DNA of 64,000 nucleotides from Scenedesmus sp. PABB004 (taxonomy: Eukaryota). Every line of letters begins with the position of its first letter. The first letter of the stretch is position 1. The stretch spans positions 1 through 64,000 of the forward strand of contig JABVCE010000034.1 in the NCBI GenBank assembly GCA_014905635.1. Reading direction: 5' to 3'. A model generated the notes under the pieces. It was not told the origin of the DNA. It was given only the letters and a program-made list of their open reading frames with translations, and made no database searches. Both the position numbers and the translations under genes were made by a program. Positions 1 through 15,083 of the stretch are shown here, in pieces.

Positions 1-1801
1 CTGCGCGGCGCGTGCTCCGCCGACCTCACCACGCTCGGCCTGCTCAGCGGCGCGGCGAGCGCGCTGTTCGCCGAGTTCAAGCTCGGCTGGCTCTTCGAAG
101 AGCTGCGCCTCAAGCTGGAGGAGGAGCGCTGGGTGCGCGGCAGCGGGCCGGGGCGGGCGGCGGCGGGGCGGGGCGCGGGGCGGGGGCGGGGCGGGGCGGG
201 CGGGGCGGGCGGGGCGGGGCGGGGCGGGCGGGGCGCGCGGGCGGCGCGGACGCGGACGCGGGGCTGCCGCCGCCGGCCGCGGCTCGCCGCCGGCCGCGCC
301 GCTGCCGCCGCTGACGGACGCGCCCCCGCGCGCCGCGCGCCCGCTGCCGGGCGGCAGACTTTGGTGTCGAGGTGCACAACGCGGCGCGGCTGATGGCGCT
401 GCTCGCCCCGGACCGCTGCACGCGCGCCGCCGACGCGCCGCGCGGAGAAGCAGTGACGGCGGCGGCGCGGCAGCCGGCGCAGCAGCGCCGGCGGCGACGG
501 GGGCGGCGGCAGCGGCGGCGGCTGCGGCGACGTGACGGTGCCGCAGGCGCACGTGTCGCTGTGCACCAGCAAGGTGCTGACCATGGAGTGGATTGATGGA
601 GTCAAGGTGCGGCGGCCACTGCAGTGTGTGTGTGTGGGGGGGGCACAGGGGACTAGGGGGCGGCGCGAGCAGGGGGCGGCGCGGCCGCAGCAGCGCCGCG
701 CTGCGCGCCGACGCCCCGCCGCGCGTCGCCGCTGCCGGCGCAGGTCAACGACAGCGCCGCGCTGCGCGCCGCGCGCATCTCGCCGCGCGCGGTGGGCGTG
801 GCGCTGGACGACGCCTTTGCGCGCATGACGCTCCGCCATGGCTTCATCCACAGCGATCCGCACCCGGGAACATCATGGTCCGCCCCAAGGGTGCGGCGCC
901 CGGCGGCGCGGCGCGCAGCGCGGCGCGCGCAGCGCGGCGGCGCGGCGCGGCGGCGCGGCGGCGCGGCGGCGGCGCCCCGAGCCCGCGCGTCCGCGCGCCG
1001 CGCCGCCGCGCCTGGCGCGCCGCAGGCCGGCGCGGGCTGCTGTCGTGGCTGGTGCGCGGGAGCTGGCAGCCGTTTGAGGTGGTGCTGCTCGACCACGGCA
1101 GCTACCTGGCCATCAGCGACGCGCTGCGCGGCCGCTACTGCCAGCTCTGGGCGGCGCTGTTTGCGGGCGACGCGCCCGGCGCGGCGGCGGTCGCGATCGA
1201 ACTCGGCGGCCAGCGCGCGGGCCAGATCCTGCCCGTGATACTCACGCAGCGCGGCCGCAACAAGTGCGCGCGCCGCGCCGCGCGCGCCGCGCCGCACTCG
1301 CCGCGCCGCGCCCTCTGCCGCGCCGCGCCGCGCTTGCCGCGCTGCGTGCCGCCGACGCGCGCCGCCGACGCGCGCCCCCGCCCGCCGCCGCCCCCCGCCA
1401 GGCAGGAGCAGCGCGAGATGCAGCGCGCCGCGGGCGTGGCGAGCTTTGGCGACATCACGCAGCTGCTCGCGACCGCGCCGCGCGACGTGGTCGAGCTGCT
1501 CCGCATCGCCGCGGTCGTGCGCAACGTCACCGCCACGCTCGGCACGAGCCTCGCCGACCGGCTGCGCATCAACGCGGGCTGGGCGCTGCGCGGGCTGCCG
1601 CCGCGGCCTGACGCCGGCGCCGGCGGCGGCGCCGGCGACGCGGCGAGCGAGGCGGACCGGCGCTACACGGCCGCGTCGCTGCGGCTGGGCCTGACCGCGC
1701 GGCTGCTGCTCATCCGGGGCTATTGCGCGACCGCGGCGGGGCTCAACCGCGCGCTGCTCGCGACGCTGCACGTGTTCGGCCAGCCCGTGCTGCTGCTGTA
1801 G
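1..1801 (+). CDS. ABC1/ADCK-family (UbiB-like) atypical kinase, 5'-partial, multi-exon, with apparent frameshifts
   Basis: Spliced segments read EEE..DFGVEVHNAARL, VTVPQ..SKVLTMEWIDGVK, GFIHSDPHPG/NIMVR and VLLDHG, ending at TAG 1799-1801. The reading frame breaks near 127, between 394 and 530, and at about 869 (CCGGGAAC). Confidence 0.8.
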
Positions 1802-1966
1802 CAAGCAGCGGACCCGCGCGCCACGAGGGCGGCGCGGCGCGGCGAGAGAGGGGGTGGCGGGGAGGGGGGGGCCAAACGCGGGCGGCGGCGGCGGGCAGGC
1901 AGGCGCGGAGCGGTCCCAGTTTTGCAGGCGCAGGAGCGGTTTTGGCGGCAGCGCGCCGCGCGCTCG

Positions 1967-1971
1967 TGTAA
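1967..1971 (+). promoter_or_regulatory. TGTAA green-algal polyadenylation signal for the ABC1 kinase gene
   Basis: TGTAA lies about 165 nt after the stop codon. UGUAA is the established chlorophyte poly(A) signal. Confidence 0.5.
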
Positions 1972-2299
1972 TCGTCGTCGCGTGACCGCCGCCACGTTAA
2001 GACCCCAGCGCGCGGAGCCGGAGCGCTGCGCAGCCGCCTGCCCAACGATTACCGGTGTGGCCCACCGCGCTGGCCGGCCCGCGCGCGCGCTGGCAGCAGC
2101 TTCTGCAGCTGCTGTTGGGCCAGGCACCGGCTGGCAGCGCGCCGCGGGCGCGGGCCGGCCCGCGCAGAGCCCCTCCCCCCCTCGCGCGCCCCACGCTCTC
2201 GACGCACACTCCCGCGCCGCAGGCGCGCCGCGCGGGCGCCGCCGCCCGCCGCGCGCGGCGCGCCGCAGCGCGCGCCTCGCGCCGCTCCGGGGGGCTCTC

Positions 2300-6044
<3,745 letters not shown>

Positions 6045-7217
6045 CGCTGCCGCCGCGCTGTCGCGCTCGCCGCGGCCTGCGCGCGCGCCGTCCCGCCGCG
6101 AGGGCGTCCGGGGGGCCTGGCGACTGCGGGGGCGGCGCGCGGCGGTGCATGCCGCGCGCGCACGCGGGCGGTTGGCGCGAGCCGCCGCTCGCCGCTGCTG
6201 CCCCGCCCCCGCCGCGGCGGCGGCGGCACCGCTGGCCCCGCGGGCGCGCCAGGGCGCTGCCCGCGCGCGGAGCCGCCGGGAGCGGCCGCGCGTGGCGCGA
6301 GGGGGCCCCCACGCCGCTGCCTGGCTTGGACGCGCCCGCGCGCGCTGCCGCGGTCGGGCGCGCGCACCGCCGCAGCCCGCGCGCCCGCGCGTCGCGGCCG
6401 TGGGCACCTCCTGCGACGGCCACGCACCTGGATCGCCGGCGTGCGCGCGCGGGCGGGGAGAGCAGCGACCGCGCTCTCGGCTGCGTGCGTGGGGCGACTA
6501 CGCGTGTGAGGAATGGGGCGAGATGGCTGATGTGGGACGGCGTGGCCGCGATTGATCGCGGCCGCCCAGTTGTTGCGCCGCCGCTAGACCGCCGCCAGAC
6601 CACAGCGGCGCGCAAGAGGGCTCCACCGCGCCCTGCCTGGCCCGTGCGCTGCTGCCACACGCCCCCGCGTCGCACAGCTCGGCGGGCCGCGACCGCAGCG
6701 CGGCCAGCGGCGGCGGGGCGCGCCGCGCGGCACCAGCGACCGAAGCGCCGCGCGTCCCGCGCACACCGCGGGCCCCCGCGTGCTGCTGCCACGCGCCAGG
6801 CGTCCTGCGGGCCCGGCCACCCGCCCATCTCACGCGGCCTGGGGCGGGCACGGCGCTGGGACCGGACGCGCGCTGCGGTTACCTGCTGGATTGAGTTCAG
6901 TGTCCCCGTGTCGCCCACGCACGGGCCTGCGGCCTCTGCCCTGCTGCCCCGTCCCGCCGCCCGTGCCGCCGCCGCCGCCCCACCATGGCATATAGCGCAA
7001 GCGAGCCTAAAGATCAAGGAAAACGCGCGAGAGCGAGTGCACGCGGCCGAGCGCAAGGGCGCGTGCGGCCAGCCCGTCCAGGAAAAGCTGCTGCAGCTCC
7101 GGGGGAGCGCGCGCGCCCCCGCCGATACATGCAAGATGTGAAGCACGCGCGCCCCTGCGCTGCGCGGGCCGTCTGATCCGAGGACCCGCGCGCGGCGCCG
7201 CGCGGCGCCGGCGGCGC

Positions 7218-9101
7218 TCACTGCCGGCGGCCGCGCAGCCGCGCGAGCCAGCCGCGCTTCTGCTGCTCCTGCTCCGCGCCGCCGCTGACGCCCAGGGCGC
7301 CCATCTCAACGTCCTTCAGCCCCGCCGCGTCGTCGCCGCCCTCGATCAGCGCCGTCGCGGTGGGGCTGTCGCCGGAGCCCTCCGACGCGGCGTCGCCGCT
7401 GTCGGGCTGCTGCGCGCGGCCGCGCCCGCGCGCCGCAGCGCGCGCCTCGGCGCGCGCGGCCGCCGCCTCGGCCAGCGCCGCGTCCTCGACCGCCAGCCGC
7501 GCCGCCTCGGCGTCGCGCGCCGCCTCGGCGGCCGCGAGCGCGGCCGCGGCCGCGTCGACGCGCGCCGCGGCCGCCGCGGCCGCGGCCGCGTCGCCGCGCG
7601 CGTCCGCGCGCGCCGCGCCGCGCCGCGCGGCCGCGAGCCGCCGCTGCGCGCGCGCCGCGGCGCGGCTCGCGCGCAGCAGCGGGCGCTTGCGCTTGTGGTC
7701 GGCGTCGAAGAGCGAGCCGTTGCGCCACTTGATGATGACGAACGTTATGACGACGGCCCAGTAGAAGCAGTAGAGGATGAGGATGATGGGCGAGGGGCGG
7801 CTCTGGTAGCCAACCACGGCGTGCGCGAGCACGAAAAACTGCTTGCCGTTTGCAAACTCGTCGCTGCAGCACGCGTTGAGGTCGACGACGGGGCGGTGCT
7901 GCCAGGAGAGCTCGTCGGCCCAGGGCGCGTAGGGGCCAAACATGCCGACCTTGCTCAGCAGCTGCGTGCCGAGCGAGACCTGGCCCGCGGCGATGAAGAA
8001 GAGCATGACGGTGGAGATGACAAAAAAGACCTGTGTGGTTGGTTGTGGGTGGGTGTGCGAGTGGGCGGGCGGGTGGGTGGGTGGGCGCGGCGAGAGAGAG
8101 AGAGAGGGAGAGGGAGGGAGACGGGCGCTGCCGCCGCCGGCCGCCGCTGCCGCGCGCCGCGCTGCCGGCGCCGCCGGCGCAGCTGCCGGCACACGCCGCC
8201 CGCGCGCCGCCGCCGCCCGCGCGCCGCGCCGCGCGCGCCTTGAGGTCCTTGATGCTGCGGCCGCCATAGTAGATGGCAAAGCCGACGGCGAGGCCGACGA
8301 TCAGCCCCGCGAGGCACGCGAGCGGCAGCGCGCGGAAGCTCGTGTTGGAGCCCACGCCGGCGAGGAAGATGATCGACTCTATGCCCTCGCGCAGCACCGC
8401 GCTCGCGGCGAGGATGAACACGCTCCACGCGTGCCCCCGCGTCACGCCGTCGTGCCCCGCGCCGGCGCCGCCCCCGGTCGCCTTGTCGCTCGCCTGCGGG
8501 GCGCCGCGGGGCGCGCGTCGGCGCGCTGCCGCGCGCACCGCCGCGCGCGCCGCCGCCCGCGCCGCCACCTGCGCGCCGGCCCCGCGCCGCCGCCGCCGCA
8601 CCGCTTTCGCCGCGCCGTCGAGCTTGCGCATGTACTTTTGCTCCAGCCCGCCGAAGCGCATCATCGCGAAGCCCAGGTACGTGATGAGGATGCAGGCGAG
8701 GTAGGAGATGACGCCCTGGAAGATGAGCTTGCCATTGCCCTGGAAGAGCTTGGTCGCGGCGAGGTAGTAGAGCGCGGCAAACACGCCGCCCGCGATGATG
8801 CTCGCGCCGATGCCCACGCCCGCGCCCCACCAGACTGCGGCGCGCGGCGGCGCGCGCGGCGTCGGCGCGCGCGCGGGCGCGGGCGCGGCGCGGCGCCGCC
8901 CGGGAGCCGCTGCTGCCGTGCAGCGCGGGGCGCGGGGCGGCGCGCGGGGCGCGTGCGGCGGGGCGCACCCTGCTTTTTGAGGCGCGGCGCGGTGCGGTTC
9001 ATGCACTGCAGCAGCACCGCGATGATCACGCTCGCCTCGAGCGTCTCTCGCAGGAAGATAAAGAACGCGACGACGCTGAAGATCTCCTGGAACGCGACCA
9101 T
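7218..9101 (-). CDS. FTR1: High-affinity iron permease, FTR1 family, 4 exons
   Basis: Two RExxE motifs (FLRETLEASV and VLREGIESII), multiple transmembrane segments and an Ala-rich C-terminal tail. ATG at 9101. Confidence 0.93.
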
Positions 9102-9139
9102 CGCGCCGGCCCGCGCGCGCCGCGCCGCGCGCGCGACTG

Positions 9140-9176
9140 GGGGTTGAGCAAAGACCGAGGGGTTGAGCAAAGACCG
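9140..9176. repeat. Perfect 18-nt direct repeat upstream of the FTR1 start codon
   Basis: GGGGTTGAGCAAAGACCG at 9140-9157 and 9159-9176. Confidence 0.9.
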
Positions 9177-10237
9177 TGCCGCGTGCGGCGTGCGGCGGTG
9201 AGGGGAGCGCGGCCCTGCGATGAGGAGTGGGCGGCGCAGAGGATGGCGGCGGCGGCGTGGGCGCCGGGCGGGCGGGCGTCGCGCGTCACCGGCGCGCGAC
9301 CTCGCGCCGGCGTGCGCTCCGCGCGCCGCCGGCGTGTGGCCCCCGGCGGCGGCCGGCGCGGCCGGGTCGGCGCGCCACCGGTGCCATGCTGCCGCCCGGA
9401 GCTCGCAGGGAACGCGGCCGGGGCCGGCGGAGGGGCCACTGCTGCTGCTGCGCACGGCCGCCGGACCCCGCCCGGCTCACCGGTGTGCTGCCGGCCGCTG
9501 GTGCCGCTCCGAGAGCGTGGGCGGAGCTTAGGACCGCCTGATCAGACCGGCGCGGCGCTGTGCTGGACGGCGGGCGAGGGCGGGCGGGCGCCTGGCCGCA
9601 GGGGGCGGGGGGCGATGGGTGGGGCGGGGGGGATGAGCTCAGGCGGGGTGTGGAGCAGCACGGCGCAGAGCCTAGCAGGCACGTCCAACGTCGGCGAAGG
9701 CGCACCAGCATGCGCGCGCGTGGCCGGCACGCGCCCCTCCCCTCAGTGTGTAAAAGGCGCGGAGCGGCGTTAGTCGGGTGGCCTGAGACGCTGCTTGGAC
9801 CCTGGGCGGGGCGCCGGGGCCAGCGGTGCGCTGGCGGCGCCGCGGCCGCAGCGCGCTCGCCGCCCGCTGCCGGCCCGCCGCCCCGGCGCTGCTGCTGCTC
9901 CAGAGCGGCCGCGGGCGCAGCACGTGAGGCACAGCGCAGTGCTCTGGCTCGCCCGCGCAGGCTGCGCGGCGCCCGACGCGGGCTGGTCGTGTGGGCCGCT
10001 GGTCAACGTCGGCCATCGCGCTGCGACGACCGCAACGCGCCGTGTTCACCCAGCCGCATCCCGCACGCCACTCGGACCAGCATCACAGCTGCAGACCGAC
10101 TGCCCCGCAAGGCATCGCCAATCAACACGACTAGTCCTGCCGCTTCGCAGTGCCGCCGCCCGCCGCCGCGCGCTCAGACCTCCGTGCTGCCCTCCCCGCG
10201 CCCCGCCCGCGCCCGCGCGCACGGCGCCGCGCCCCCC

Positions 10238-13200
10238 TCACTGCGGGTTGGGCGGGCGGCCGTTGGCGTGGCTCACGCGCGCGCCAAACTCGAGCAGCTC
10301 CTTGGAGCAGTCGTGCGTGTCGATGCTCAGCTCGATGAAGCACACGTGGTCTGCCTTCTCACGCAGCGCCGTGCCCAGCGCGGCGATGAGCTCCGGCTCG
10401 GTCGTCGCCCGCACCGCAAACAGCTTGCCCTGCGGCCGGCGGCGGTCCGCGCGGGTGCGGCGTGACCGGCGCGCGGCAGGCAGGCAGGCAGGCAGGCAAC
10501 CCCGGCGCGGCGCGGCGCGGCGCTCACGTGGCCGTTGTGCAGCGCCTTGACCATGCCCACGTAGTCCCTGCGCCCGTGGCGGCGGCGGCCGCGCGGGCGC
10601 GCCCCCGTCAGCACCGCGCCCGCCCTCCTCCCACGCCCCGCCGGCGCGCGCCGCGCTCGCGCGGCCGCCCGGAGCGGCGGCGGCGCGCGGCGGCGCGGCG
10701 CGGCCGCGTGCGCACCAGGGCTGGATCTGGTTATATGGGCCATCATGGATCTCGATCTCTATGGTGTACCCGCGGTTGTTAATTAGCAGGATGACGGGGT
10801 TGGCGCCGAAGCGGATCATGCTGCTCACGTCCTGTGCAGGGTTTTAGGGTTTAGTTTAGGGTGTAGGCGGGCGCGGCGGCGATGCGGCGGCGCGCGGCGC
10901 GCGGGCCCCGGCGGCCGGCCGCGCCGCCGCCGCCGCACCTGCGCCGTCATCTGGAAGCTGCCGTCGCCGACTGCGGGCGGCGGGCGCGGCGCGGGGGCGG
11001 GGGCGGGGGCGGGGCGGAGGCTGAGCCCGCGCGGCGGCCGCGCGGCGCGGCGGGCGCGGGCGCGGCGGTGCCGCGCGTGCCGCGTGCGCGCGGCGCGGCG
11101 CGCACTCATGCTGATCAGGCGCTTGCCCTCCGCCGCGGCCGCGAGGCTGTAGCCCAGCGTGGCGCCGACCGACCAGCCTGCGCGCGCGCGGCGCGCGCGC
11201 GCGGGCGGTGCGCGCGCGCGGGGCGTGGGTCGGTGGGAGCGGCAGCACGCGCACGGCGCGGGCGCGGGCGCGGCGCGGCGGCGGGGGCGCGCCCCGCCGA
11301 GGCGCCTGGCCGCGGCCTTGTGGCGCGGCGGGGCTCACCGATGGAGCCGTAGCGCATCTGCACCTCGAAGCCCGCGCCCGGGGGCAGCTTGAGCTTGAGC
11401 GCGTTGAACCAGGAGTCGCCCGTCTCGGCGAGGACGCACGTGTCGGGCGTCAGCACCTCCTGCGGCGGCCCCGGCGCCGGCGCGGCGCGGAGAATTGGTG
11501 CACGGCGCGCGGCGTGCGCGGCGCGCGGCGCGTGGCGCCGGTAGCGGCGGGGAGGGCGGCCGCGGCGCTGCGCGGCGCTGGGCGCGGCGCCCGGAGGCTG
11601 CGGCGCTGCGCAGCGCTGGGCGCGGCGCGGTGGGCGGCGCTGCGCTGCGCGGCGCGGCGGCGCTGGGCGGCGGCGCGCCTGGATGCGTCGAACCATGTTG
11701 ATGGTCGTCAGCGGCTCGCACGTGTCGAGCGTCCCAGCGCGCTCGAGCCCGGCGCCGCGGCCGACCATGCGCCTGTAGTTGGTGAGCGAGGCAGGGTTGG
11801 GCGACACCGCGCGCGCCAGCGCCGACAGGTAGTCCTGCGGCCAGCGCACGCGGCGGCGCACGCGGCGCGGCGGCGGCGGGGCGGACGCTCGCGCCACCGC
11901 GGGCGAGGCGAGGCGCGCCGCGCCTGGCGGGCGGCGCGGGCCGCGCTCCCAGCCCGTGCAGCCGGCCACGCGCGCGCCGCGCGCAGCTGGCGCGAGCGCC
12001 CCGCCCCTCCTGCGCCCTGCCCCTCCTGCCCCTCCTGCGCCCTGCCCCTGCCCCCTCCTGCCCCCTCCTGCCCCCTCCTGCCCCCTGCCGGCGTCGCCGC
12101 CGCACCTTAATCTCGATGCAGCCAAACGTCTCGCCGCCCCGCACCGTCACGCGGCGCTGGTCGACGTCGATGGTCTTCTCCGGCTTGAGCAGCAGGCTGT
12201 AGCCCTGCGGTCGGGGGTTTGAAGGGTTTAGTCGGGGTTCAGGGGTTGCAGTAGGGGTCCAGTCAGCGGCGCCGGGAGCGCGAGCGCTGCTGCTGGCTGC
12301 CGCGCGGCGTGGGCCGCGCCGGCGCGGGCGGCGTTTTGGTGCCGTTTGCGGCGCACCAGGGTGGAGTAGTCGGTGCGCACAAAGCCCACCGCGACGACCG
12401 CGTCGCTGCCCTCGACCGTCTCGCACACGCCGTCGGCGCTGATGCTGCCCCAGTAGTGCCCTGCGGCGCGCCCGACGCGGCGGCACAGGGTCGCACGCGG
12501 CGGTAGTGACGCCGCGCCCCGCCGCCTCCACCGCCGCCGCCGCAGCGGCGCCGTGCGCCCTGCCCCGCCCCCGGCGCGCCCGCTCTACTGCTACGGGCGC
12601 GCGCCCGCGAGCCGCCCGTTCCGGCCCCGCCCCCCCGCCGCCCGCGCACCGATGAAGCTCGAGTGGTCCTCGGGGAAGAGGCCCTTGGCGTCGGCGGTGA
12701 CCGCGACGGCGCAGCCGAGCGCGTCGGCGAGCGCGAGGAACGCGGCCTGGCGGCCGCCGCCGTTGCGCAGGCGCGGCCCGCCCAGCAGCACCGGCTTGAC
12801 CGCCTTGGCCAGCACCTGGCGCGCGCGCCGGCGGAAGAGGGGTGTGTGTGTTTGAATGAGTGTGTGCGTGAGTGTGCAGGCTGAGGTGAGGGCAGGGCAC
12901 GGGCGGCGGGCCGTCCGGCGGTGCGCGCGCCCTGCACGGCGCGCGGCGCGCACCGCGCGCGTGGCCTCCACGGCCTCCGTGAGGCTGCCCTCGTTGGTGC
13001 GCGGCAGCGACAGCGCCATGGGGATGGGCGGCGCGTGGAAGCTGGGGTGCTGCGCGCGCGGCGGCGGCGCGCGCGGCGGCGCGCCTCGGCTCAGCGGGCG
13101 CGGGCGCGGCGGCGGGTGCGGCGGGCGCGGCGGGTGCGGCGGGCAAGCGCGGCGCACCGTGAGCGCGGCGAGGTTGCAGCTGATCTCGATGTACGCCGGC

Positions 13201-14479
13201 TTGCGCAGCTTCTGCGCGCCGGGAGGGGGGGGGCAGCGAGAGGGGCAGCGGGAGAGGGGGAGGCGAGTTCAGGCTGCCGGCGCGCCCCTGGCGGCGGGGC
13301 CGGCCGCGCGGCTGTGCAGCAGCGGCGGCGGCGGGCCCAGGGCCCAGCGGGCCCGTGGCCCCCGGGCTTGGATTCATTTGGATACAAAATCAAAACGTTC
13401 GAACCGCACCAGGGCCTCGGAGATGGCGTAGTCAATGAGGTGGTGCGCCGACTCGAGGTGCTTCACCACCACCGCGGCGCACGTGACCTCCTTGAACGCC
13501 CTGCCAGGGCGTTCAAGGCGCGGGCAGAGGGGGAGGGGCAGGGGAGGAGCCAGGGGGGCGTTGGCGCGGCGGGCGCGGCGCGGGCCCGGACCAATCTGCG
13601 CGCCGCGCGCCGCGGCGGCGGGTCCGGGGCGGCCGCGGCGCGCGCCTGTACTGCTGCGCGAGGTCGGGCAGGCCGATCGTGTGGTGGATGGTGTGGTTGG
13701 CGGCAAAGTCGTTGGAGTTGGGCCCGCCTGCGCCGCGGCGCCGCGCGCGCGCGCGGCGGCGGTCACGCCATGCCCGGCCAGGGCGCCGCCGGCAGCGCTG
13801 CCGGGCAGCCGCACCGGCGGCCCCGCCCGCCCTGCCTGGCCCTGGCCCTGGCGCCAGGCCTGGTGCGGTGCCCTCAACCCCCAACCCTAGGGTTGGACCC
13901 TCCTGCTCTCCCCCCCCCCCCCCCTGGGCGTGCCCTCCTCCTCCTGACCCCCTCCTGAGCCCCTACCTGAGATGAAGATGACCGGAAGGTCCTCCGAGTA
14001 GCACCCCGCCACGGCGTTGATGATGGACAGGCCGCCCACGCAGTACGTGAACGCGCACGCGCCCACGCCCTGCGCGCGCGCGCCGCGGCGGCGGGCGCGG
14101 CGGTCGGCGGGCGCGGCGGCGGCGCGCGGCGAGCCGGGGCGCGGGGCAGCGGGGGGCGCGCCTTGCGGCGGCAGAAGCCGTCCGCCGCGTAGCCGGCGTT
14201 CAGCTCGTTGCACGTCCTGCGCGGTGCGGCGGAGAGAGGAAGGGGTCACCGAGCACGCCGCTGCCGCCGCCCGCCCGCCGCCCGCCGTCCGCAGCCTGGT
14301 GCCGGCGGCGCTCCCCGCGCGCACCAGACCGTCTCCAGGCCTTTGTAGTCGACGAACTGGTCCAGCAGGCTCAGGTTGAAGTCACCGGGGACGCCAAACA
14401 GGTGGGTCACGCCGATCTCGACGAGGCGGCCCGCCAGGAAGGTCCCCAGCGAGCACTCGTGGCGCGGCGTCGTCGCCAT
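10238..14479 (-). CDS. PDC: Pyruvate decarboxylase (TPP-dependent), about 18 exons
   Basis: Motifs [89 protein letters not shown] and [10 protein letters not shown]. Confidence 0.96.
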
Positions 14480-15083
14480 GGCGGCGTGCGTCCTGCGAAC
14501 GGCGCAGCGCGGCGACGTGGCGGCTTGATCGCCGCGCGGGGACGTGCAGGCGGCGACGCGCCAGCCGCACCTGTGCGCGCCGGGAGCTGGGGCGCGGCGG
14601 CGGCGGCGGCGGCGCGGCGGCGGGCGCCCGCTGCTGTCGGCGCGCTGGGGGCGCTGGGCGTTTCGGGTGGCCGCGCGCTCGGGCGCACGAGGTGCGGGGT
14701 GTGTGGTGCGGTGACTGGGGTTGCGGGGATGCTCCAGGAGGGTTTGCGGTCAGCCGCCCCGCTCGTGACCGCGCGGGGTTGCCGTGCATTCCAGGACAAC
14801 GCCCGCGCCCGCCACTCCCGCCTCCTCCTGATCGCACGTTCGCCGATCGTCGGTTCACGACACGTCGGCGCGACGTCGGCGCACAACGCGACGCAGAGAG
14901 AGCTCGCGCGATCGCACCTCTCGGCATCGTCGGCCGCGCAGCAGCGCGCCCCGCCCCGCGCCATGCTCGCCGCACGCGCAACGCCCGCCTCCACGGTGCG
15001 GAGCCGGCGCCGGCAGCGGGTCGCAGCGGGCGCCGCTGCCGCCGGCGACGCACGGTCGCTGCCGCCGCACGGCCGGCGTGGCG

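Noticed and set aside
9775..9830. TPP riboswitch-like CTGAGA...GACCCTG downstream of the TPP-dependent PDC
   Set aside because: It is on the opposite strand to PDC and FTR1, and it lacks the TAAT loop and GCG-AGGGA 3' core.
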